From Gemmatimonadales bacterium (GTDB taxonomy: Bacteria; Gemmatimonadota; Gemmatimonadetes; Gemmatimonadales; GWC2-71-9): 44,212 bases of DNA. Under the pieces are notes generated by a model that worked only from the letters and a program-made list of their open reading frames with translations, made no database searches and had not been told where the DNA came from. A program made the position numbers and the translations under genes. This document shows positions 24,589 through 32,219 of the stretch, piece after piece. Position 1 is the stretch's first letter; every line of letters starts with the position of its first letter. The DNA lies in the NCBI GenBank assembly GCA_038216165.1, contig JBBQQJ010000002.1:1-44212 (forward strand), written 5' to 3'.

Positions 24589-26027
24589 TCGCGCTGCTGG
24601 CGTTCCGGCACCTGCTGGTGCGCCCAGGGCGTGCTGCTGTGCTCCTCGGTGGCTACGGGCTCGGGGTGGCGGTCATGATCGTCCTCCTGTCGGTGGGGGA
24701 GGCGATGCTCGAGCAGTCGCGCGACGTGGCGCTGGTCGGGGGGGGGGATCTGGTGGCCATCCCGCAGGGGCTCGACCTGGAGGCGCTGCGGACCGGTGCG
24801 GTGACCGGGCTCTTCCACGGCATCGACCGGGCCCGGTTCGTGACCCGCCAGATGGTGGCCGGGCCGCGCCATGCCGACCTCGTGGTCGTCGCCTCACCGG
24901 TGCTCGAAGAGAAGCGCGTGGTGCTGCGCACCGCCGACACCACCCTGTTGGTCCGGGCTGGGGGGGAAGTGCCGTCGGCCGCGGCCGCGCTGCAGGCAGG
25001 GCTTGCCGTGGTAGCCGGCACCTGGGAGGACAGTCCCGCCGACCGGGCCTTCACCGCTCCCACGCCCCAGGTGCTCTACGACGAGCTCGATCGCTTCCAC
25101 CTCCCGCGCGGTCGCGATACGACCTGGGGGGAGTGGCACTATGTCAACGTGGTGGTGAGTGACCAAGAGTGGTGGTACGTCACCCTCCTCGTGGGTGGCG
25201 ACCTGCTGGGCGAGCGGTGGGGGGGGCAGGTGCTGGTCACGCACCGCCGGCCCGACGGCCGGCATGTGCGGCACGTCACGGCCGTGCCGCGCACCGACGT
25301 CACCTTCGACACAACCCGGGCCGACCTCACCCTTGGCGCCTCCTCCCTGCTGCAGCGCGACGGCCGCTATCGTCTTGTGGTGCGCGCGGATGGCGTCCGC
25401 CTGGACCTCGACCTCGATCCGGCGCCCCGCCGCTACTTCCCGCCGGTGGAGCTCGCCGATGACGCCTTCCGCTCCGGGTACGTGGTCCCGGCCCTCGTGG
25501 CGCGCGCCACCGGGACGCTCTGCACCGGCGGCTCCTGTACCCGCGTGACCGACGCCGCCGCGTATCACGACCACAACTGGGGCACTTGGGCCGACGTCAC
25601 GTGGGAATGGGGGATGGGTCACGGTCGCGGCCTCGCCCTCCTCTATGGCGGCGTGCGTGGTCCCACGGCGGGCGGCAATGTGAGCGAGGCGCCGTTCTTC
25701 TTCACCCTCGTCGACAGCCTCGGCGTGCGGCAGGTGTATCGCTTCCGCGCGGTCATGCGGCACGGCGGCCGACCGGTGCCGGGTGAACCCGGGATCCTCG
25801 CGCCTGATTCCCTCGCCATCCTCGCCACCCGTGGCGACGATACCGTCCGGGTGGGCATCGCCATCAGGGACGTGGCCGCCTCCCGGTCCGGGGCGGCCGG
25901 GATGACCAGGGTCTTCCTGCAGATGCGGGGGCAGTGGCGCCTTGCCGGGACTGCGGCCGGCGTGCCGGTGGCCGACACGGGGTCCGGCTTCTTCGAGACG
26001 TGGCTCGATCGGGCACTGAAGGAGTAG
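24585..26027 (+). CDS. membrane-anchored AttH/CrtC-like (lipocalin-like) domain protein
   Basis: N-terminus resembles the first TM of FtsX permeases (AFRHLLVRPGRAAVLLGGYGLGVAVMIVLL). The C-terminal half has AttH/CrtC hallmarks (EWHYVNV...QEWWYVTLLVGG and AAYHDHNWGTW). Family call is from motif memory only. Confidence 0.65.
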   Translation: MIALLAFRHLLVRPGRAAVLLGGYGLGVAVMIVLLSVGEAMLEQSRDVALVGGGDLVAIPQGLDLEALRTGAVTGLFHGIDRARFVTRQMVAGPRHADLVVVASPVLEEKRVVLRTADTTLLVRAGGEVPSAAAALQAGLAVVAGTWEDSPADRAFTAPTPQVLYDELDRFHLPRGRDTTWGEWHYVNVVVSDQEWWYVTLLVGGDLLGERWGGQVLVTHRRPDGRHVRHVTAVPRTDVTFDTTRADLTLGASSLLQRDGRYRLVVRADGVRLDLDLDPAPRRYFPPVELADDAFRSGYVVPALVARATGTLCTGGSCTRVTDAAAYHDHNWGTWADVTWEWGMGHGRGLALLYGGVRGPTAGGNVSEAPFFFTLVDSLGVRQVYRFRAVMRHGGRPVPGEPGILAPDSLAILATRGDDTVRVGIAIRDVAASRSGAAGMTRVFLQMRGQWRLAGTAAGVPVADTGSGFFETWLDRALKE

Positions 26028-26060
26028 ATTGCTCGCGCGGGGCTTTCACACCTCCGTGCT

Positions 26061-26074
26061 CCTCACCCTCACCC
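26061..26074 (+). repeat. CCTCACCCTCACCC motif abutting the kinase start codon
   Basis: The 13-mer CTCACCCTCACCC (26062..26074) is identical to 35461..35473. It lies 1 nt upstream of ATG 26076. Confidence 0.4.
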
Positions 26075-26075
26075 G

Positions 26076-28961
26076 ATGGCGGCCATGTCCAATACGCTGG
26101 AGCGCCTACGCGCCGCGTTGCGCGACCGCTACGATGTCCAGCGTCAGGTGGGCGAAGGCGGGATGGCCACCGTCTACCTGGCCGAGGACCGCAAGCATCG
26201 GCGTCAGGTCGCCATCAAGCTGCTCCGTCCCGATGTCAGCGCCTCGATCGGCGCGGAGCGCTTCCTGCGCGAGATCGAAACCGCCGCCCGATTGCAGCAC
26301 CCACACATTCTGCCGCTCTACGATTCCGGGTCGGCCGACGGGTTCCTCTACTACGTCATGCCGTTCGTCGAGGGAGAATCACTCCGCGACCTGCTCCGGC
26401 GCGAGGGCCGCCTGCCGCTGCCGCGTGCTGCCGAACTGGTGCGCGAGGTGGCCAGCGGATTGGCCCATGCCCATGGTCAGGGCATCGTTCACCGCGACAT
26501 CAAGCCAGAGAATATCATGTTGTCGGGTGGCCACGCGGTGGTGGCCGACTTCGGTATTGCCCGGGCCATCGATGCCTCGCGCGAGGGGGACCCAAATCTC
26601 ACCGGCGCCGGCCTCGCCATCGGCACCCCGGCCTACATGAGCCCCGAGCAGGCCACCGCCGACACGGTGGACGCCCGCTCCGACCAGTACGCGCTGGCCT
26701 GTGTCTTCTACGAGATGGTGTCGGGGAAGCCGCCGTTCAGCGGCGGCAGCATGCAGGCGATGCTCACTGCCATGCTCACCGGTCCACGGCCGCGGCTCTC
26801 GGCAGTGGTCCAGGAGACTCCGCCCGAGGTCGACGCCGCTACGCAGCGCGCGCTCGCCTCGGATCCCGCGCAGCGCTTTGCGGACATCACCGCCTTCGCC
26901 ACTGCCGTCGCCCAGGAGAGTTCTGGTGCCGCCGCCGCCACGCGCGAGAGCCGCCGATGGAAGCGCCTGGCGCTCGCCCTGCCGCTCGGCGTGGCACTCG
27001 CCGCCGTCGCCTGGATGGCGCTCACCGGCCCGCCCACTTCGGTGGTCTCGGGCGCCGAGTCGATGGCGATCGTCCCCTTCTCTGTGAGTGGTTCGGGCCT
27101 CGAGGGTGTGGGCGAGGGGATGGTGGACCTGCTGGTCGGCTCGCTCGATGGGGTGGGCGACATCCGGACCGTGGAGCCGCGCACCGTGGTGCGCGAGTGG
27201 CGCCGGCGCGTCTCCGACGGCGACGGCGACCTCGAGGATGCGCTGGCGGTCGCCCGCACCACCAAGGCCGCCTCCGTCCTCACGGGCAGCATTGTGGCCA
27301 CCGGTGGCACCGCGCGGCTGAGCGCCCAGCTCTACGATCTGCAGGGGAAGGAACTGTCCCGCGCCTCGGTGGACGGCCCGACCGATTCGGTGCTGACCCT
27401 CTCGAACTCGCTTGCGCTCGCCCTGTTGCGCGAGATCTGGCGTTCACGCGAGCCGCTCCCCTCCGCGAACGCTTCCGGGATCCGCTCTGCCTCCATGCCG
27501 GCGATCCGCGCCTACCTCCGTGGCGAGCGCTACAACCGCCGCGCCGAGTGGGACAGCGCGCAGGTGGCGTTCGAGGAGGCGGTTGCCGCTGACTCGACCT
27601 TTGCGCTGGCGTGGTATCGCCTCGCCAGCACGCTCGGCTGGAAGGGACTCTACCAGAACGAGCTCGCGCTCAACGCCTCCGCCAATGCCGTGCGGTATGC
27701 CGACTCGCTGCCGCCCCGCGTAGCCGCGCTGCTCGTGGCCTACGACCTGTTCGTCCGCGGTGAGCCGGCGGCCATCGATTCCGCGCGCGCCTACATCGCC
27801 CGGAATCCTGGCGACGCCGACGGCTGGTACATGCTCGGCGAAGCGCAATTCCACATCTCGGTCGGCACCCCGCGTGCGCCCGACGCGCTGCGCGAACCGT
27901 TCGACCGCGTGCTCGCCATCGACTCGGCCCTCACCCCCGCCGCGATCCATCCGATGGAGATCGCCACCGCCAGTCGGGACACGACGCTGTTGCGCCGCTA
28001 CGAGCAGGTGTTCCGCCTTGCCGGGTCCACCGGTGAACTCGCGCGCATCGAGAACGCGCGCCGCGCCCTGCGCGGGGATGACTCCGCCTACGCGCAATTG
28101 TTCACCACCACCGGTGGTGGTGGACTCGCGCTGGCGGTCATGCACGGCAAGCTCACCGACCCGGCGGTCGATGCAGCGGCGGTGCTCCGCTCCGCGCGCG
28201 CCGTCTCGCGTGCCGGCCTGGAGCCCGGCATGAGCCCACAGGTGGCGGTGCTCGGGGCGATCATCGCGCAGGCGCTCGGTCGGCGCGACACTGCCCTCGC
28301 GATCTTTGCCGCATCGGGGGTCCCTGCAGACCGTGACATGGGCAACTTCGTGCGGCTGAGTCCGGTCTTCGGCGGCTATGCCGACTCCGCGCTGGTCGCG
28401 CGCTCCGATGGCGCGGTCCGCAACATTCCCGATGCCAATCCGTTCCTCCTCGTCTGGCAGGGGCTCCTTGCGCTCGAAGCGGGTGACCCGCGGCGCGCCC
28501 AGACGGTCGCGCGCCGAGCCACCGCGTCCCCCGAGGACCTGCCACGTCCGATTCACGGCGCGCTGGTCGGCATCGACGGGTTGGCGACCGTGGCGCTTGG
28601 CGACACGACCGCTGGGCTCGCCATCCTGGAACGGTCGATGGCGTTGATTGGGGGCACCCACATGGGGGGCTTCACCCCCCCCGTGGAACTGCGCTATGCC
28701 CTCCTCCTGGCCTCGCGGCCGGTGTCGCGCGAAGCGGGGATCCGGCGTATGCGCGATGGCTTCCGGTACAGCCCGGAGCTGACGCCCATCCTGCGCTACT
28801 ACCTCGGACGTGCGTACGAGGAGGCAGGGCAGCCTGATTCCTCCCGAGCCGCCTACGGCGGCTTCCTGCGCCTGTGGGCCGGTGCGGACAGCGTCTACGC
28901 GCCGTACCTCACTCAGGCGCGTACCGCCCTTCAGCGGCTCAGCACAGAACCTGCGCGCTGA
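26076..28961 (+). CDS. membrane Ser/Thr protein kinase with periplasmic TolB-N-like and TPR sensor region
   Basis: Hanks kinase motifs GEGGMATVY, VAIKLL, HRDIKPENIM, DFGIARA, GTPAYMSPEQ. TM helix LALALPLGVALAAVAWMAL, then IVPFSVSG...LTGSI and long TPR-like helical repeats. 961 aa. Confidence 0.9.
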   Translation: MAAMSNTLERLRAALRDRYDVQRQVGEGGMATVYLAEDRKHRRQVAIKLLRPDVSASIGAERFLREIETAARLQHPHILPLYDSGSADGFLYYVMPFVEGESLRDLLRREGRLPLPRAAELVREVASGLAHAHGQGIVHRDIKPENIMLSGGHAVVADFGIARAIDASREGDPNLTGAGLAIGTPAYMSPEQATADTVDARSDQYALACVFYEMVSGKPPFSGGSMQAMLTAMLTGPRPRLSAVVQETPPEVDAATQRALASDPAQRFADITAFATAVAQESSGAAAATRESRRWKRLALALPLGVALAAVAWMALTGPPTSVVSGAESMAIVPFSVSGSGLEGVGEGMVDLLVGSLDGVGDIRTVEPRTVVREWRRRVSDGDGDLEDALAVARTTKAASVLTGSIVATGGTARLSAQLYDLQGKELSRASVDGPTDSVLTLSNSLALALLREIWRSREPLPSANASGIRSASMPAIRAYLRGERYNRRAEWDSAQVAFEEAVAADSTFALAWYRLASTLGWKGLYQNELALNASANAVRYADSLPPRVAALLVAYDLFVRGEPAAIDSARAYIARNPGDADGWYMLGEAQFHISVGTPRAPDALREPFDRVLAIDSALTPAAIHPMEIATASRDTTLLRRYEQVFRLAGSTGELARIENARRALRGDDSAYAQLFTTTGGGGLALAVMHGKLTDPAVDAAAVLRSARAVSRAGLEPGMSPQVAVLGAIIAQALGRRDTALAIFAASGVPADRDMGNFVRLSPVFGGYADSALVARSDGAVRNIPDANPFLLVWQGLLALEAGDPRRAQTVARRATASPEDLPRPIHGALVGIDGLATVALGDTTAGLAILERSMALIGGTHMGGFTPPVELRYALLLASRPVSREAGIRRMRDGFRYSPELTPILRYYLGRAYEEAGQPDSSRAAYGGFLRLWAGADSVYAPYLTQARTALQRLSTEPAR

Positions 28962-29462
28962 TCAACCCCCGGCGATCTGGGCGGCGTGCCGATCGCCGTG
29001 GGTCGCCAACATCAGCAGCCACTGCCCAATGTCGAGTGCGCCGAAGAACGGATGCGCGACGTGCTGCGCATCCCACGGTGCCGGCAGGGTGCGCGCCAGC
29101 TCGATTGATTGCGCCCGTACCGTGCGCAGTGCCGCGAGCGCATCACTGGTGGCGGCGAACCGTGCTGCCGGGGCGACGGCCGCCGGCGCTGTCACGCGCT
29201 GGGGCAGGGTCGCCAGCCCCGCGACCAGCGCATCCTTCTCGCGCGTGCGCCGAGGCGACGGCGGCGCCTCGAGCGCCGTGCGGAGCAGGCGATGCACGCC
29301 ACCCTCCGTGAGCACCAGGTGCTCGAGGACCTGGCACGCCGACCAGCGGCCGTCGGCGCGAGGGACCTCGCCTTCCGGGGGCAGCTCGGCAACCAGCCGT
29401 TCGAGGGTGGCCAGATTCGCCTCGAGGGCGGCGATGACGACGTCACGGTCCAACGGGTTCAC
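28962..29462 (-). CDS. DinB-family (DinB_2) metal-dependent four-helix-bundle protein
   Basis: RWSACQVLEHLVLTE ... LMLATHGDRHAAQI gives the His triad pattern of DinB_2. I chose GTG at 29462 (GGAG 6 nt upstream); the longer ORF would overlap the divergent gene start at 29536. Confidence 0.75.
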   Translation of the reverse strand: MNPLDRDVVIAALEANLATLERLVAELPPEGEVPRADGRWSACQVLEHLVLTEGGVHRLLRTALEAPPSPRRTREKDALVAGLATLPQRVTAPAAVAPAARFAATSDALAALRTVRAQSIELARTLPAPWDAQHVAHPFFGALDIGQWLLMLATHGDRHAAQIAGG

Positions 29463-29535
29463 GGGCAGCTCCGCGGGGCTGGGAATCTCCAAATCTAGGC
29501 TCTCATCCCGCCCTGCGGCGAGGTACCTTTCCCCC

Positions 29536-29940
29536 ATGACCACTGACCCGGCCGACCTGCCCACGCGGGCTCGCGAACTCACCGACACCTTCGCCAAGGG
29601 GTGGAGTCGCGGTCGGGTTGATATCCTCTGCTCGGTCTTCGCCGAGGACGCCGCCTTCCAGGAGACACCGTTTACTGAGCAGCTCCGCGGTGAGGCCATC
29701 CGCGCCTGGGCGTCCGACATCCCCTACCAGCAGTCCGAGGTGACCTTCACCACCGGTGAGGTGTTCATGGCGGGGCCGTGGTTCTCGACCGAGTTCAAGC
29801 TCACCTTCCGGCGCCGGAAGAGTGGCGAGTGGGTCGAGGCCCGGGGGGCGATGTTCGCCGAGACCAACGGCGAACGAATCACCGAACTGCGCATGTACTG
29901 GCACCGCTGGAACGGCGGTCGGGAGACCTCCAAGGCCTGA
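29536..29940 (+). CDS. SnoaL/NTF2-like small protein
   Basis: 134-aa internal ORF (MTTDPADLPTRARELTDTFAKGW...AEDAAFQETPF...ITELRMYW) with size and pattern typical of NTF2-like folds. The upstream part of ORF 28810..29940 is antisense to dinB and the kinase. Product call is weak. Confidence 0.6.
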   Translation: MTTDPADLPTRARELTDTFAKGWSRGRVDILCSVFAEDAAFQETPFTEQLRGEAIRAWASDIPYQQSEVTFTTGEVFMAGPWFSTEFKLTFRRRKSGEWVEARGAMFAETNGERITELRMYWHRWNGGRETSKA

Positions 29941-29947
29941 TGTGGTC

Positions 29948-29975
29948 CCTGACGGGGCGGTAGCGTCCCCTCAGG
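29948..29975 (+). terminator. possible hairpin after SnoaL-like gene
   Basis: CCTGA-C-GGGG / CCCC-TCAGG, a 9-bp stem with one bulge and a 9-nt loop, 8 nt after the stop. No T-tract. Confidence 0.3.
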
Positions 29976-30096
29976 TGGACACTTCAATCTTCGGCGCCGT
30001 GCCAAGTTGTTCCATGGCAATGATTTGGGTGTGGCACGGAACTGGATACCCCTAGGGACGTTCGCAGGTATCGATCGTCCGTTCCGGAGGTGTGGG

Positions 30097-31683
30097 ATGC
30101 TTTCCCTCGTGCTCGCGCTTGCCGTCGCCACGCCGGCGACCAATCTGCTTCCAGTGTCCGCGCCCGCGTCGGTGACCGACGGGGCGCTCGTGCGTTTGTA
30201 CCTCAACGGTGATGCTGACTACCGGCCCGGCGATCGGGTCAAGGTGGAGGTCGAGGCGGCCGAGGACGGCTACCTGCTGGTGTTCCGGGTGGACGGCGAG
30301 GGGCGGATTCGCGTGCTCTTCCCGCTCGACCCGGATCTCGACCCCTTCGTCCGTGGGGGCCGCCGCTACGAACTGCGGGGCCGGGGTGAGCGCGAGACCT
30401 TCCTCGCCGATGATCGCGGCGGCACCGGTCTGGTGTACGCCGCCCTGTCGCGCGAGCCGCTCGACCTCGGGCGCTACGGCGTGGGGATGCACTGGGACTA
30501 CAGCCGCTTGCAGCTCGAGGGCGAGGATGCCGAGGCGGAGCTGACCTGGTTCGTCCGCCAGATGTCGTCCAACGGCCGCTTCGAGTACGACGTGATGGGC
30601 TATCGCGTGTTCGGGCCGGGCTTCGAGCAGGCCCCGGTGATCATTGCTGGGGGGGGGAACCGGTACTACGACCCTGCCTGGGACTGCCTGTCCTGCGGCT
30701 GGGGCGCCCCGCGCACCGGCGTGAACATCAACATCGGCTCGCGCTGGGGCTGGAACGATCCGTGGTATGACCCGTGGTACGATCCGTGGTCGCCGAGCCC
30801 GTGGCGCTATGGCGGCGGGTGGGGTGGTGGCTGGGGCGGGGGCTGGGGCGGGGGCGGCTGGGATCCGTACTGGGGTGCACCTTGGCGGCCGATCACGGTG
30901 ATCAACACCCGTCCGCGTCCGGTGGTGCCCAACACCATTTACGGCGTGCGCTCGCGGCCTCGCATTGGCGTGCCGATCGGATCCACCGGTGACTACTACG
31001 CCCCCGACCCGACCGGGGCAGTGCGCCCGACGCCACGGGCCGGCTTTGGTGGGGCGAGCGGAGACGACCGCGGTGCCAGCACGGGTGGTACCACCACCCG
31101 CCCGCGGACCCCGCAGGCTGATCCGGGCCGGTCGCGCCAGCCTCAGTCGCGGGAGACGCCGCCGCCCTCGGCTCGGCCGACCGAGCGGAGTGCGCCCCCG
31201 CCAAGCAGTCGGCCGTCGTCGCCACCTCCCTCGACGGAGCGGGAGGGGCGGTCCCGCCGGCCGGCGGGATCGGCCAACCTGACGCCATCGCCGACGGTAC
31301 CGGTGCTCGGTGGGGTGGAAGGATCTCGCCCGGTGATTCGGTCCGCAGACGACCGCGGGGCCGGCGCGCGCCCGGTCGTGCTGCCGTCGGTGGAGCGTCG
31401 GGCGGATGACCGCCCAGTCTACCGTCCGCCAACGCCGTCCACGGCGCGTCGCGAGACTCCCGCGCGCCCAGCAGAACGGCCCGTCTCTTCCTCGCCGCGC
31501 CAGACGACTCGGCCCAGCGCCCCACAGCAACGGGCCGAGCGTCCGGCACCCGCCCCAGCTCCCAGGGTCGAGCGCCCGGCGCCCCAGCCGTCTACGCGGT
31601 CGGCACCGCGGCCGTCAACCCGGTCGGCACCGCCACCGTCCTCCAGCGGCCCGACCAGTCGGGCCCGCCGCCCCAACACCTGA
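30097..31683 (+). CDS. DUF4384-domain secreted protein with Trp/Gly-repeat and Pro/Arg/Ser-rich disordered tail
   Basis: I chose ATG at 30097 (GGAGG 7 nt upstream) with signal MLSLVLALAVATPA. DUF4384-like core YRPGDRVKVEVEAAEDGYLLVFRVDGEGRIRVLFP. The tail has DPWYDPWYDPW, WGGGWGGGWGGGGW and about 270 aa of P/R/S/T/A low complexity. Confidence 0.65.
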   Translation: MLSLVLALAVATPATNLLPVSAPASVTDGALVRLYLNGDADYRPGDRVKVEVEAAEDGYLLVFRVDGEGRIRVLFPLDPDLDPFVRGGRRYELRGRGERETFLADDRGGTGLVYAALSREPLDLGRYGVGMHWDYSRLQLEGEDAEAELTWFVRQMSSNGRFEYDVMGYRVFGPGFEQAPVIIAGGGNRYYDPAWDCLSCGWGAPRTGVNINIGSRWGWNDPWYDPWYDPWSPSPWRYGGGWGGGWGGGWGGGGWDPYWGAPWRPITVINTRPRPVVPNTIYGVRSRPRIGVPIGSTGDYYAPDPTGAVRPTPRAGFGGASGDDRGASTGGTTTRPRTPQADPGRSRQPQSRETPPPSARPTERSAPPPSSRPSSPPPSTEREGRSRRPAGSANLTPSPTVPVLGGVEGSRPVIRSADDRGAGARPVVLPSVERRADDRPVYRPPTPSTARRETPARPAERPVSSSPRQTTRPSAPQQRAERPAPAPAPRVERPAPQPSTRSAPRPSTRSAPPPSSSGPTSRARRPNT

Positions 31684-31689
31684 CCCCCG

Positions 31690-31714
31690 CGCCGCCCCCG
31701 ATCAGGGGGCGGCG
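31690..31714. terminator. bidirectional hairpin between convergent genes
   Basis: Perfect 10-bp GC stem CGCCGCCCCC / GGGGGCGGCG with loop GATCA, 7 nt after the DUF4384 gene stop and overlapping the last codons of the minus-strand phosphatase gene. Only a weak T-tract (TGCTTT). Confidence 0.5.
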
Positions 31715-32190
31715 TGCTTTCGGGCGTAGTCGATCCCCCACTCCATCAACTCGGCGCTGCGGAGCCCGATGCGCATCGCCGCGTCCACGGCGTCCTGTTC
31801 CCCCATCCCCTGGTCAAGAATGAAGTAGGGGATCAACGCCCCGCCCACCCGGTTTGCACTGGCACAGTGGAGCAGGGTCGGGGTGTCGGCATGCTCCCGG
31901 ACCGTGGCGAGGATCCGCTCCAGCGTCGCCTCGGAGAGCGCCGCGGGGTTGACGGGGATGTTGACGTACGTCAGTCCCAACGCGGCGGCCTCGGCGGCCT
32001 CGTCGAACGGCCGGGGTTCCATCGGATCCCGGAGGTCAATCACGACCTTCACGCCCGCCTCGCTCGCGGCACGCATCTGGTCGGCAGAGGGCTGGCCGGC
32101 GGTGACCATCCAGGGAAGCGGTTGGCCAGCGTTGGGGGCGGACTGCATGGCGGCAAGCAGGGACACGATCACCTCGGTGATGGGGAACAC
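31702..32190 (-). CDS. DSP/PTP-like phosphatase domain protein (DUF442 / beta-lactamase-hydrolase-like phosphatase family)
   Basis: Cys-X5-Arg active-site loop HCASANRVG preceded by VVIDLRDP...TYVNIPV. GTG start at 32190; alternative ATG at 32148. Confidence 0.7.
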   Translation of the reverse strand: MFPITEVIVSLLAAMQSAPNAGQPLPWMVTAGQPSADQMRAASEAGVKVVIDLRDPMEPRPFDEAAEAAALGLTYVNIPVNPAALSEATLERILATVREHADTPTLLHCASANRVGGALIPYFILDQGMGEQDAVDAAMRIGLRSAELMEWGIDYARKHAAP

Positions 32191-32219
32191 GGCAATATAC
32201 GGCGGTGGGCGGGTAGATT

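Noticed and set aside
25934-28661. ORFs 25934..27592 (+, 552 aa) and 27444..28661 (-, 405 aa)
   Set aside because: They are out-of-frame or antisense overlaps of the Ser/Thr kinase gene, whose frame carries the full Hanks motif set.
30032-30047. Sigma-54-like TGGCAC-N5-TGGA upstream of the DUF4384 gene
   Set aside because: The -24 element is good, but the -12 element reads TGGA instead of TTGC/TGCA. A single weak match with no enhancer-binding protein gene nearby is not enough.
30052-31530. 492-aa minus-strand ORF opposite the DUF4384 gene
   Set aside because: The Arg/Pro/Gly-rich antisense translation is the mirror of the low-complexity tail. The plus frame has a Shine-Dalgarno, a signal peptide and a DUF4384 core. 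Because the tail itself is low complexity, residual uncertainty remains (noted in the findings).
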